NCBI GenBank assembly: GCA_963932905.1
Contig: CAWVRN010000021.1
Location: 1-64,000 of the forward strand
DNA from: an uncultured Bdellovibrio sp.
Lineage (GTDB): Bacteria; Bdellovibrionota; Bdellovibrionia; Bdellovibrionales; Bdellovibrionaceae
Reading direction: 5' to 3'
Length of the DNA: 64,000 nt
In this document: positions 41,978-51,676 of the stretch, one piece after another
How positions within the stretch are numbered: position 1 is the stretch's first letter
How the letters are laid out: the number at the start of each line of letters is the position of its first letter
Notes under the pieces: generated by a model
Told to the model about the DNA's origin: nothing
Seen by the model: the letters and a program-made list of their open reading frames with translations, nothing else
The model's database searches: none
Position numbers and translations under genes: made by a program

Positions 41978-43375
41978 TTATACCTGAATGTTTTTCCATT
42001 TGCCTTTTTTGAAATAGTACCAAGCCAACAGCGCTAATAAAACTTCCGAAACAGGAATAGCAATAACCGCCCCTGTTGCATTTAAGCCTGCGTATTTTGC
42101 TAGAAGGTACGCAAACGGAGTCTGGAATAACCAGAAGCATATAAAATTTAGGCGTGTCGGAGTTTTTGTATCGCCAGCCCCATTCAGTGCTTGATTCATC
42201 ACCATCGCGATACCGTAGAAAATAAAACCAGAGCCTAAGATTCTCAGAGTCTGAATTCCATGGCCTGCGACTTCGGGGTCATCAGTATATATTTTAATAA
42301 GCGGTTCCGCCAGAAAGAAGAAGAAAAGGGTAACAAAAATCATTAAGACAACACAATATTTTGCAGTTGTGTAAACGCTTTGTTCGGCACGTTCAATTTT
42401 CTTAGCACCGATGTTCTGGCCGACAAGTGTCGCGGCTGCGTTGCTTAAGCCCCAAGCTGGCAATATAAAAAACGCAAAATTTCTAAATGCTATTTGATAA
42501 CCTGCAGACGCTGCTGTTCCACCAGTTTCTGCAACCAGCCTTGTGAGTAAGATCCAACTACCGCTGCCAATTAAAAATTGCAGCGAGGCCGGCCATGAAA
42601 TTGTGAACAATGATTTCATAACTGACGTATCGATTTTAAATTGTCCCAGACTAAATTTCAGCAAACCATCACCTTTATATAAATGGTAGCATTGATAAAT
42701 GACCCCCACACTGCGACCTAAAACAGTGGCAATAGCCGCACCTTTCAAACCCCATATGTGGATTAGTATCGGGCATAAAATGATATTAGCGCCACTGGCA
42801 AGCCACAGGCTGCGCATAGCCATAGCGGCGTTTCCGGCCCCGCGAAAAATTCCATTTATAAGGAACAGTAAAAGGATCACAATATTGCCGCCAATTAAAA
42901 TCTGGGCAAAAATGGATCCTTCGTTGACCACTTCAGTGCTGGCGCCCATTAGTTTCAAAATATCTGAAGCATATACAACTCCTAGAACACCCAAAACAAT
43001 TGAAGCAATTAGCGCAAGAATTATAGATTGGGCTCCGGCGTGGGCTGCAGCCGCCGGATTCTTTTCGCCAACTCTACGTGCTACAATAGCCGTCGCTCCC
43101 GTGCTCAAACCAATTGCAATACAATATATGATGCTAGCAAATGATTCGGTTAGGCCAACCGTTGCAATGGCGTTCTGACCCAATTTACTTACGAAAAACA
43201 TGTCCACTACCGCAAAGATACTTTCCATACTAAGCTCAAGAATCATTGGTATAGACAACAGGACTACGGCGTCCGAAATATTTCCTTCTGTATAGTCGTG
43301 CTCTTCACCTTTGAGGGCTTTTTTTATTTGGCTGAAAAATTTGTTCACGCATAGACCTTTCTTGTAAATTTTCAT
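41978..43375 (-). CDS. MATE family efflux transporter
   Basis: LSIPMILE..ESIFAVVDMFFV, GIFRGAG, LVGQNIGA and GAGDT; start may be GTG 43348. Confidence 0.93.
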   Translation of the reverse strand: MKIYKKGLCVNKFFSQIKKALKGEEHDYTEGNISDAVVLLSIPMILELSMESIFAVVDMFFVSKLGQNAIATVGLTESFASIIYCIAIGLSTGATAIVARRVGEKNPAAAAHAGAQSIILALIASIVLGVLGVVYASDILKLMGASTEVVNEGSIFAQILIGGNIVILLLFLINGIFRGAGNAAMAMRSLWLASGANIILCPILIHIWGLKGAAIATVLGRSVGVIYQCYHLYKGDGLLKFSLGQFKIDTSVMKSLFTISWPASLQFLIGSGSWILLTRLVAETGGTAASAGYQIAFRNFAFFILPAWGLSNAAATLVGQNIGAKKIERAEQSVYTTAKYCVVLMIFVTLFFFFLAEPLIKIYTDDPEVAGHGIQTLRILGSGFIFYGIAMVMNQALNGAGDTKTPTRLNFICFWLFQTPFAYLLAKYAGLNATGAVIAIPVSEVLLALLAWYYFKKGKWKNIQV

Positions 43376-43460
43376 TGTTAGATACCAGTTAGTATGCTGT
43401 CAATCAAAGTTGACCACGTCTAGTTGAACAAGTAATGATAGATACCTGGAGGAATCAGCA

Positions 43461-43799
43461 ATGTACACCCTTTATGGAATTCCTAATTGCAATACAGTAA
43501 AAAATGCTCGCGCTTATTTAGAGCAGAAAAAAGTTCAATTTGAATTTGTCGATTTTAAAAAATACACGCCAACTGAATCAGATATCAAACAATGGTCTAA
43601 AAAATTTGGTGGTCTACCAGTAAACAAGTCTGGATTAACTTACAAAAAACATAAAGAAGTGTATGAGAAACTGAGTGACTCTGCTAAAATTAAATTTATT
43701 CAAGAAAATACATCTATGATTAAGCGGCCTATTTTAACTAACAAGACGCGTGTCCTGGCATTTGGTTTTAGCAAAGATGCGTATGCGGATGTGGTGTGA
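43461..43799 (+). CDS. ArsC/Spx/YffB family protein
   Basis: YGIPNCNTVKNAR and MIKRPIL. Confidence 0.88.
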   Translation: MYTLYGIPNCNTVKNARAYLEQKKVQFEFVDFKKYTPTESDIKQWSKKFGGLPVNKSGLTYKKHKEVYEKLSDSAKIKFIQENTSMIKRPILTNKTRVLAFGFSKDAYADVV

Positions 43800-44548
43800 A
43801 ACTAGTAATCCTAATCAGTCTTTTTTTTACATTTCAGTTTAGTTTTGCAGAAAAATCGTCGGAAAATGCGGTAAAATTTTTGATTGTGGAATCTTGGCCA
43901 GAGCCCTATGCTTTTTTTGATCAGGAAAGAAGTCTAACAGGCGGAGCGCTTAGAGAAATTATCGAAGAAATTTCTAAACGCATGGGTGTTCGTGCAGAGT
44001 ATGTCTATTTTTCTAGAAATCGTGCTGATGCTGCAATCGAAAAAGGTAGCGCTGAAGTTCGTTGTTATATCAATGAAGCTTGGGCCACGAAACCAGATTT
44101 GTATTTATTTACACAACCCATTTTCTTAACCACGAATTCCGTCATTTGGAAAAAGGGTCGCACACCTTTGACCAAAATGAGTGACCTTCATGGTAAGACT
44201 ATCGGGACCGTCTCTGGATATATATATAAAACTGTCGATGACTTGTTTAAATCTGGAAAGGCAAAGCGATCCGATTTAAATAATGAAGGAATGAACATCA
44301 CGTTGCTAATGAAGGATCGAATCAATTACGCAATTGTCGAAACAGCATCGTTTAAATCGTCTATGACCAAAAAAAATGACCATATTCTGAAAGACATTGA
44401 ATTTTTCCAAATCGATTCTATACCGGTAAAATGCGGCGTTTTAAAAAAAAATATGGGTTTGTTTAAATTAGTTGATTCCGCTATCGAAAAAATGAAACAA
44501 GACGGCACAATTAAGACTATTGCGACCAAATATAATCTAAAATACTAA
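43796..44548 (+). CDS. Family 3 periplasmic substrate-binding protein
   Basis: Signal peptide; DLHGKTIGTVSGYIY; KMKQDGTI..I..KY. Confidence 0.85.
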   Translation: MKLVILISLFFTFQFSFAEKSSENAVKFLIVESWPEPYAFFDQERSLTGGALREIIEEISKRMGVRAEYVYFSRNRADAAIEKGSAEVRCYINEAWATKPDLYLFTQPIFLTTNSVIWKKGRTPLTKMSDLHGKTIGTVSGYIYKTVDDLFKSGKAKRSDLNNEGMNITLLMKDRINYAIVETASFKSSMTKKNDHILKDIEFFQIDSIPVKCGVLKKNMGLFKLVDSAIEKMKQDGTIKTIATKYNLKY

Positions 44549-45888
44549 GCAGCTACCGGTAAGACGTTAGAAAGCGATTTTCTAAGTCTGATTTCGAAAC
44601 GTGTATTGTGGTGTTCGGGACAATAAGTCAGCGATCCACCATGAGATTCGATAATTCCTAAAGAAATACTTAGTCCTAGTCCAGTCCCTTTTCCTAGCTC
44701 TTTAGTAGTAAAGAATGGTTGAAGCATTTTAGTGTGGATTTCTTCCGGAATACCTTTTCCTGAATCGGTTATAGTAATTAAGATATGTTCATCTTCGATA
44801 GTACAATCAACGGTAATCCACTTTTCGTCTAAATTTTCTACCGCATCGGCGGCATTGTTGATCATGTTAATTAGTACTTGAGAGAGTTGAACTTCCCGAC
44901 CAGAAATAACGATAGAAGGATCTTCGATAAAAAAACGGATGTCGACTTTTTTGTGAACCAAATTAGCATGGCACAGATCTGAGATATCACTAAAAAACTT
45001 ATTGATAGGGAATTGAGTAATTGGTTCTTGGCTTCCATCGCGAGAAAACGCGCGTAAACCATTTACTATTTTGGTAATCCTAACAACCATTTTCGAAATT
45101 TTGGTTAAATAGGCATCTAGTTTTTTCATATCAATTTCCATGTTAGCGGCAATGGATCTTGAAATGAGGCGAGTCGTTCCATCGATAACCGCTAGTGGAT
45201 TATTAATTTCGTGGGCGATCCCGGCAGACATTTCGCCAAGTGAAGCCAGGCGTGATGAATTTACCATAGCCATACGTTGCGAATCTAGTTGCTGAGTACG
45301 TTCGTCGATTTCCCTCTGAAGTTCTTTAGAAACACGACGCAGATGAATTGTTAAAAAGACAAACAAACATAAGGCAGAAAAGAATAACAAAGCAGAAGCT
45401 AGCAAAAACGAAATTTGAAATATTTCTTGTTGAGCCTCTGCAGTTGAAAAAATAACTTGTATGGTTCCAATTTGAGAACTTTTATAAACAACTACTGATT
45501 CCCAAAGCATGTAGTTGTTATCATTTTTTAATTCGTCAAATGTAGCTTCAACCCAGTTGCTACCAGTTCGGTCTAAAGTGTATTTTGGATTTTCTGGTGT
45601 GCTATCTGGTTCGAGTACGCGGATCGCTGCGATAGAATTAGATTGTTGAAGCAAAATAGAGTCAACAATTTGGCTCATTGATTTATAGTCTAAATTCCAA
45701 AATGGCTGAATAATGGCCGCTTTGATAATTTGCATTTGGTTGAAGGTATTTAATTTAATGTTTTCTTTAGCTTTGTATTGATAAAGAGCAACAAGCGAAA
45801 AATTGACCGCAATCATAATCAAAGAAAGGCAGCATACCTGAATTACGAGTGACTTAGAAAAACCTTGGAATTTTTTGAGCTCTTTCAC
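44545..45888 (-). CDS. NtrB-type membrane sensor histidine kinase
   Basis: LGEMSAGIAHEINNPL and PFFTTKELGKGTGLGL. Confidence 0.93.
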   Translation of the reverse strand: MKELKKFQGFSKSLVIQVCCLSLIMIAVNFSLVALYQYKAKENIKLNTFNQMQIIKAAIIQPFWNLDYKSMSQIVDSILLQQSNSIAAIRVLEPDSTPENPKYTLDRTGSNWVEATFDELKNDNNYMLWESVVVYKSSQIGTIQVIFSTAEAQQEIFQISFLLASALLFFSALCLFVFLTIHLRRVSKELQREIDERTQQLDSQRMAMVNSSRLASLGEMSAGIAHEINNPLAVIDGTTRLISRSIAANMEIDMKKLDAYLTKISKMVVRITKIVNGLRAFSRDGSQEPITQFPINKFFSDISDLCHANLVHKKVDIRFFIEDPSIVISGREVQLSQVLINMINNAADAVENLDEKWITVDCTIEDEHILITITDSGKGIPEEIHTKMLQPFFTTKELGKGTGLGLSISLGIIESHGGSLTYCPEHHNTRFEIRLRKSLSNVLPVAA

Positions 45889-45949
45889 ATATATCTAGTC
45901 GTATCATAGAGGGATATTGTTGAGTCTGGAAGTTTAAAACTCGACTAAA

Positions 45950-46489
45950 TTACTGACACGACCGCAACAGTAATTTGAAATTAAGCTGACGTAGAGTGAG
46001 GCTGGCATCCTGCTGCGTGATCGCAGATAGATTCATACGCAAATTGGTTGCCTGACCACATCGACTCCAGGCCAAAGTATTTGCCGAATCACCAATCGAG
46101 ACAGCATGTTGTCCAGGTCTGTATACTTTTGAATTCTTGACGCCCGTTGTGCCGACGTAAAACGCTTCCATATTTACAGTAGCCCGTCCATTGCTGCGAA
46201 CAATCGCATATCCGTCTGATTCGGTGGCTAACGTCATTTGGTAGCCAGCCGGTACTTGGATTGGTAGCGCCAGAGAACATGCTTTGCGATCCAGAGTTTT
46301 GTTGGCGCCAGATCCACTGCGGACCACGAATTTAGTGTAGTTAAGCACCAAGTTTTTCTGATTTCGATCAAACGAGTACTTTAAGCTGCCTTTTGGACAA
46401 CCGGTTCCACCATACGTTAAACCACCAATAGTTTGTGCGTGAAGTGACAATGACAGGACAGATAAAGCTAAAAGTATAACTGATTTCAT
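45950..46489 (-). CDS. DUF4360 family secreted protein
   Basis: YGGTGCPKGS, RKACSL...VPAGYQ and WSRCG motifs. Confidence 0.82.
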   Translation of the reverse strand: MKSVILLALSVLSLSLHAQTIGGLTYGGTGCPKGSLKYSFDRNQKNLVLNYTKFVVRSGSGANKTLDRKACSLALPIQVPAGYQMTLATESDGYAIVRSNGRATVNMEAFYVGTTGVKNSKVYRPGQHAVSIGDSANTLAWSRCGQATNLRMNLSAITQQDASLTLRQLNFKLLLRSCQ

Positions 46490-46502
46490 TTCGGCCCCCT
46501 TA

Positions 46503-46523
46503 TAAGAAGAATCATTCTTCTTA
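46503..46523. promoter_or_regulatory. 21-bp palindrome upstream of the DUF4360 gene
   Basis: TAAGAAGAAT-C-ATTCTTCTTA adjacent to the RBS. Confidence 0.45.
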
Positions 46524-46626
46524 ACCAGGGTTTATTCCTTGAATATAAATAAAACAATAATTTTCATGAAGGTATGCTTCAAGACACCCATAAGAAAGCG
46601 ATCTGTAGCGAATTTCCCTAACCGAT

Positions 46627-46935
46627 TTAGAGTAATTCTATTCCCAAAATTTTTTTACAAGAGTCCATTTGTTTATTAATTTCATCTATTGATTTACGTA
46701 GTTGGCGTAGATCGCGTTCATCGAGTTCAGTCTCTAGGGCCGCTTTTACCATGGGAAGCTTTTTTAGCCATTGACCTTGTCTGGTTGCATAGGTTTCAGG
46801 AATTCCAGAGCGCAGGGCTGCTTGTTTTGCATTGCCGTCATCTAAAAATTCTACAATGAATTTCAGAGTTTCTAGCGTCAGGATATTTCGATGCGCCTTT
46901 AGCCGTGAAGAAAATCCCATCTGGCGAATCCTCAT
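46627..46935 (-). CDS. Terminase small subunit-like HTH protein (orphan)
   Basis: FIVEFLDDGNAKQAALRSG..ETYATRQGQWLKKLPMVKAAL resembles TerS F..EY..D.NATQAAIRAGYS..A...G..LL..P.V; AGGAGA RBS. Confidence 0.7.
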   Translation of the reverse strand: MRIRQMGFSSRLKAHRNILTLETLKFIVEFLDDGNAKQAALRSGIPETYATRQGQWLKKLPMVKAALETELDERDLRQLRKSIDEINKQMDSCKKILGIELL

Positions 46936-47009
46936 AGTGTCTCCTTTTCGTAAAGCTTGCAGATCTAGACTATCGCAAATATAATCGAAATCTAAAGGAC
47001 AAAATCATC

Positions 47010-48131
47010 ATGAGCTCATTTTCCAGTTTCAAATTGTTGCCCAGTTTAGTAGCGACTCTAAAAGAAAAAAACTTTTCAACACCGACAGAAATTCAAAACA
47101 AGGCGATACCTTTGATTATCGAAGGCAAATCTGTGGTGGGTGTTTCGGAAACTGGCAGCGGTAAGACTTTGGCGTATGCATTGCCACTGCTTCATATGCT
47201 GAAAACGCTTGAAAATAGCGGTGATGCGGTCGAAGTAGATTCACAGCCACGTGCTGCTGTTATTGTTCCGACCCGGGAACTCGGTGAGCAAGTGTCCAAA
47301 GTTTTTAAGCCATTCACACATACCACCCGACTGCGCGTTCGCACGGTTCTGGGGGGAACAGCGTTAGATGTTGCTAAACGCAATGTGAATGGGCCATTTG
47401 AAATTTTAGTGGCGACGCCGGGGCGGCTGGTTCAATTGATCGAACGCGATTTGGTGAAAATGGGCGACATTCGCACACTTATTTTCGACGAAGCTGACCA
47501 AATGTTAGACCAAAGTTTTTTATCTGAGGCTATGGCGATTGAAGATCATTGCCCTAAGAATTGTCAAAAGGGATTGTTTTCGGCGACGGTGTCATCCGTG
47601 GTGCAGGAATTGATTAACAAGCTTTTCTCGGGAGCCCAAGTTATTCGCAGTTCTGGCAGCCAAAAATTAGTTCCTACGTTGAAGACAATTAATAAAACGG
47701 TAGTGGATGGAAAGCGTTTTCCATTGATGCAGAAGTTACTGTCAGAAAAAGTAAAAGGTGGAACATTGGTTTTCACGAATACTCGTCAGCAATGCGATAC
47801 GCTAGCTCAGCTATTAAAGGACAAAGGCATCAAGTGTCTTATCTATCGCGGTGAAATGGATAAAATTGAACGTCGATCAAACTTAAAAGCCTTTCGTGAC
47901 GGCAAAGTGGATTTGTTGATAGCCACCGACTTGGGTTCACGTGGACTGGATATCGAACATGTTGATCGCGTGATTAACTATCATTTGCCAAAAGAAATGG
48001 AGAATTATTTACATCGTGCTGGCCGCACGGCGCGTGCCGGACGTAGTGGCGTTGTTATTAATTTTGTGACCGAACGTGATGAGTCGTTAATTAAGAAATT
48101 AGAAACTGTAAAATCGAACCCAAAAAAATAA
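47010..48131 (+). CDS. DEAD-box RNA helicase (core only)
   Basis: Q motif, TGSGKT, PTREL, DEAD, SAT and HRAGRTARAG. Confidence 0.96.
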   Translation: MSSFSSFKLLPSLVATLKEKNFSTPTEIQNKAIPLIIEGKSVVGVSETGSGKTLAYALPLLHMLKTLENSGDAVEVDSQPRAAVIVPTRELGEQVSKVFKPFTHTTRLRVRTVLGGTALDVAKRNVNGPFEILVATPGRLVQLIERDLVKMGDIRTLIFDEADQMLDQSFLSEAMAIEDHCPKNCQKGLFSATVSSVVQELINKLFSGAQVIRSSGSQKLVPTLKTINKTVVDGKRFPLMQKLLSEKVKGGTLVFTNTRQQCDTLAQLLKDKGIKCLIYRGEMDKIERRSNLKAFRDGKVDLLIATDLGSRGLDIEHVDRVINYHLPKEMENYLHRAGRTARAGRSGVVINFVTERDESLIKKLETVKSNPKK

Positions 48132-49127
48132 TTAGAGTTGAATCGCGGCTGCTTCAGAATTTTTTGTTGCGGTCGATGATGATATAGTTGTCGATTTAAA
48201 ACGTTCGATGTATTGGCATCGCTGACAAAGACCTTCAAGAAGTTTCTTGTTTTTAAAACCGTCCAATATTGCTTGTGCGCGAGGACTATCCAAGATTTCC
48301 AGCAATGGTTGCTCTTCAACAGAGCCCAGCGTAATTGAGGCCTCTTTATCCAAACAGCAAGGAACGACGCGACCATCAGCCAATATACCAAAATGCGAAG
48401 ATAATCCGTAACAACGACCGATTGTACCCAGAACAGGCAAATCCATCGAAGGCCAAATAAATTCGGTATCGAAATGTAAATAGAGACGATTTTTTAGGTG
48501 AACACTTTTTTTCTGACGAACATCGACTTCGGATTTAACATTAACCTCAAAATGATCCTCAATTCGTTTTAGCATATCCAGATTCTTGTTCGAGGTGCCG
48601 CGCACATCCTGCAGATTCCATAAACGATAGTTAATATACAAATCAGGTCGTTCGTTCATTGCGCGATCCGTGTATTGAAAAATACGTTTTAAATAGTCTG
48701 CTGGATCGCGGTCAGGGAAATTGTCAGGAAAACTATGTAACGAGAAATTCACTTGGCGAAATGCAGGATTCAAAAGCAATTCGGTTTGTTTTTCCCGCAT
48801 CAAAAGGCCATTTGTGACAAAGAATATTTTAACGTCGAATTCCTGGCAGATCGCTACCATTTCTTCTAATTTTGGATGAACTAAAGGATCACCCATCAAA
48901 TGAAAGCAAACTTGATCTGTTAAAGGTGCTACTTGCTGAATAATTTTACGAAACAAATCTAACGACATTAGTTTTTTAGTGCGAATGACTTCTGGGCAAA
49001 AGCTGCATTGTAAATTGCAGATGTTGCTAATTTCGATATTAACTTTTGTAAATCGTTTAGGTGCCCTTGAATCCACAGGCCATACATACCTTATCCCGCG
49101 TGGGATTGGAAATAACTTATTTTCCAC
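48132..49127 (-). CDS. Radical SAM / SPASM-twitch domain protein
   Basis: CNLQCSFC; C-terminal C...VVPCCLD...CQRC. Confidence 0.9.
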   Translation of the reverse strand: MENKLFPIPRGIRYVWPVDSRAPKRFTKVNIEISNICNLQCSFCPEVIRTKKLMSLDLFRKIIQQVAPLTDQVCFHLMGDPLVHPKLEEMVAICQEFDVKIFFVTNGLLMREKQTELLLNPAFRQVNFSLHSFPDNFPDRDPADYLKRIFQYTDRAMNERPDLYINYRLWNLQDVRGTSNKNLDMLKRIEDHFEVNVKSEVDVRQKKSVHLKNRLYLHFDTEFIWPSMDLPVLGTIGRCYGLSSHFGILADGRVVPCCLDKEASITLGSVEEQPLLEILDSPRAQAILDGFKNKKLLEGLCQRCQYIERFKSTTISSSTATKNSEAAAIQL

Positions 49128-49546
49128 ACATTTTCACCTACCCGGAAGAATCGCACCTCAAAAAGAATCAACCCCTGGCCGGGTTTTCCTCTAATGGTGT
49201 AGTCGATCGAGATTTTGTCTTCGTCGATCTTACGGCTAGCTAGCCAACGACGAAGTCGATTTCCATAGGTCTGACCGCTGCGAACATAGTTAATCTGTTT
49301 AGATTCGATTTGGTCATGCCTCATTGGGAACTGAATAGCCGCTCGTTCTGAAAACGCGGCCAGGTTTGTACCGACAGCCTTTGTTTTTAATGTCATTTCA
49401 AAGGCTGATTGGGTATCGCCATTTTGTAAAAAAGTAATGAATTGGTCCGCTTGCTTAATAACTCGAGCCGGTCGATATTCTTGTTTTAGGAACCAGTACA
49501 GAATTCCGCAACTAAATGCTGCAATGATAGCCATGGTTAGTTTCAT
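49091..49546 (-). CDS. Hypothetical protein with N-terminal TM
   Basis: 151-aa ORF; A..F...L..GD...AF motif typical of NTF2-like folds. Confidence 0.55.
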   Translation of the reverse strand: MKLTMAIIAAFSCGILYWFLKQEYRPARVIKQADQFITFLQNGDTQSAFEMTLKTKAVGTNLAAFSERAAIQFPMRHDQIESKQINYVRSGQTYGNRLRRWLASRKIDEDKISIDYTIRGKPGQGLILFEVRFFRVGENVWKISYFQSHAG

Positions 49547-49610
49547 AGATTCTACTTTGTAAAACTAGTGATGACTTGTCACTTGAATTTTATGATGTCA
49601 CTATGGGGTC

Positions 49611-50141
49611 ATGCTCTATCACTTTCAACTCGATTTATCTGATATCGATCAAGGCGTATACGAAACTTTGGATTTCAGATTGTATCAACATCCTTCAGAA
49701 ATTCCGGCGTATTTGTTAACTCGTGCGTTGGCCTATGCACTTAGCTATGCACCAGGATTGGAATTTTCGGCCGAAGGCTTAAGTGATCCAGAAGCGCCAG
49801 CAATGCGGTCGCTTGGTAATCATGGTGCGGTTGATTTGTGGATCGAGATTGGCAATCCTTCAGTTAAAAAGCTTCACAAAGCTGGCAAGACAGCCCGTCA
49901 GGTAGTTGTATATACGTATAAAAGTGCCGATGTTTTAATGGACGATATCAAGAAAAACAATGTTCATCGTGCAGAAGAAATTGATATTAATGCTTTGGAT
50001 ATGAAGTTTTTAAGTCAGCTTGAAGGTAAGCTAAAATCAAATAATAAGTGGTCCGTGCTACTACAACAAGGTCATGTAGATATAGGAATAGGCCTCGATA
50101 CCGTATCGACAGAAATTCGCAAATATAGAATTACTAAGTAA
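49611..50141 (+). CDS. yaeQ: YaeQ family protein
   Basis: LSDIDQGVYE...QHPSE...GLSDPEAP...LWIEIGNP. Confidence 0.9.
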   Translation: MLYHFQLDLSDIDQGVYETLDFRLYQHPSEIPAYLLTRALAYALSYAPGLEFSAEGLSDPEAPAMRSLGNHGAVDLWIEIGNPSVKKLHKAGKTARQVVVYTYKSADVLMDDIKKNNVHRAEEIDINALDMKFLSQLEGKLKSNNKWSVLLQQGHVDIGIGLDTVSTEIRKYRITK

Positions 50142-50790
50142 TCAGCTGATAAATCACGGCAAAGTGCAGGATGGCACCGATAATCGTGAACAGATGAAAC
50201 AATTCATGGTAGCCAAAAACCTGAGGCGCCATGCGAGGTCGTTTCGTTGCGTAGAACAATGAACCTATGGTGTATACAATTCCACCCGCAACTACTAGTG
50301 AAACTTTGACCGTTCCTAGAGCTTTTCCCAACTCAGAAATATAGGGAAGCGCAATCCATCCCATAACTACGTAAAATATTGCCGTTACAAATTTGGGTGC
50401 TTTCACCCAAAAGATAGATTGCAGAATTCCAGCGGCCGCAGCGGCCCAAATAACTTTAAGTAAGAAAATACCGTCAGGTTCACTTAACGCTAACAAGCAT
50501 ATGGGCGTAAATGTTCCTGCAATTTGAATAAAAATAGCCGAATGATCTAAGCGTTTCATAAACGCACGTGGTTTAGGCTGCCAGTGAACGCGATGATAAA
50601 TCGTGCTTACGCCCAACATAAGCAATAATCCTAGTGAATACACTATGGCAGCGACCAGCGTAATAGATTGCGAACTTTTTGCGATAAGCAAAGTACAAGC
50701 GCCAAGGGCGATAAAAAAGGCTTCTTGGTGTAAATAGCCGCGTAATAGAGGTTTTTGCAAAGGAGTTTGTGAGGACGTTGAGTTTGACAT
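50134..50790 (-). CDS. Hemolysin III / PAQR family membrane protein
   Basis: STIYH, RLDHSAIF..IAGTFTP and GYHELFHLF..GA..H; start reassigned to 50790. Confidence 0.92.
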   Translation of the reverse strand: MSNSTSSQTPLQKPLLRGYLHQEAFFIALGACTLLIAKSSQSITLVAAIVYSLGLLLMLGVSTIYHRVHWQPKPRAFMKRLDHSAIFIQIAGTFTPICLLALSEPDGIFLLKVIWAAAAAGILQSIFWVKAPKFVTAIFYVVMGWIALPYISELGKALGTVKVSLVVAGGIVYTIGSLFYATKRPRMAPQVFGYHELFHLFTIIGAILHFAVIYQLIT

Positions 50791-50835
50791 GCACGAACTA
50801 TAGCGTTCAAATCCTACTAAAGTAAAAGAATAAAT

Positions 50836-51387
50836 ATGGAAAAAATTAAGAGCTATAACTTTAAAAACAAACGAAATGAATCCGTGGTTATTAGAACCGC
50901 CGATGTTTTTGATGCTAGGCAAATCTTAGAACTTTCGAAAACGGTTGTGGCCGAAGACATCTATCAATTACTAACTCTTAAGGAATTAGACATTACGGTC
51001 ACTAGCGAAGAAAATTGGATCGTATCTCACCGTGACCATCCTAATCGGATTATCTTAGTGGCTGAAATTGACGACGAAATTGTCGGCCTGTTGGATTTCT
51101 CAAATGGTAATAGGAACCGCACGGCTCATATCGGTGAATTCGGAATGTCGATGGCCAAAGCGTTTCGTGGCCAGGGGATTGGCACACGGCTGCTTCAATC
51201 CTTAGTTGATTGGGCTCAGGAAAATAAAACGATCGAGAAAATAAACTTAACAGTTCACAGTGACAACCAACGAGCAAGAGCATTGTATGAGCGTATGGGT
51301 TTTATTGTCGAAGGTATTAAAAAAAATGAAATTAAATATGAGGACGGTCACTACGTGGATGCCGTTCTTATGGGACGGTTTGTTTAA
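50836..51387 (+). CDS. GNAT family N-acetyltransferase
   Basis: FRGQGIGTRLL acetyl-CoA motif; NQRARALYERMGF..EG. Confidence 0.92.
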   Translation: MEKIKSYNFKNKRNESVVIRTADVFDARQILELSKTVVAEDIYQLLTLKELDITVTSEENWIVSHRDHPNRIILVAEIDDEIVGLLDFSNGNRNRTAHIGEFGMSMAKAFRGQGIGTRLLQSLVDWAQENKTIEKINLTVHSDNQRARALYERMGFIVEGIKKNEIKYEDGHYVDAVLMGRFV

Positions 51388-51672
51388 ATGAAAATTCCAG
51401 AAAAGCAAGTGACGCTTAAAAATGGTATGACTGTGACAATCAAGTCAGTAAAAGCAGACGATGCCGATTTGATGTTGCGGCATCTACAAATCAGTCATCG
51501 TGAATCTTATAAAAATTTGAATCAATCTGCTGATTTTTGGACTAAGTTTTCGATCGAGGAAGAAAAAAGAATTTTGGGTGAATTTGAAAGCGGCAGAAAT
51601 AAATTTATGTTGTCTGTTTGGTTAGATGGCAAGTACGTTGATGAATATTCGTATCAACTTATTCTAAAATAG
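51388..51672 (+). pseudogene. GNAT paralog with an in-frame internal deletion
   Basis: N-half aligns with the upstream GNAT up to MLSVWLDG, then jumps to the terminal DGKYVDE; the whole acetyl-CoA-binding segment is absent. Confidence 0.72.
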
Positions 51673-51676
51673 TTCT

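Noticed and set aside
42699..43178. 159-aa + strand ORF
   Set aside because: Antisense shadow of the MATE gene
45950..49546. Prophage around the TerS-like gene
   Set aside because: Neighbours are cellular genes; no other phage genes or att-like repeats seen
48132..49546. Radical SAM/SPASM enzyme plus overlapping upstream ORF as a RiPP system
   Set aside because: The upstream ORF is a 151-aa membrane-anchored protein, not precursor-like; no peptidase, RRE or transporter nearby
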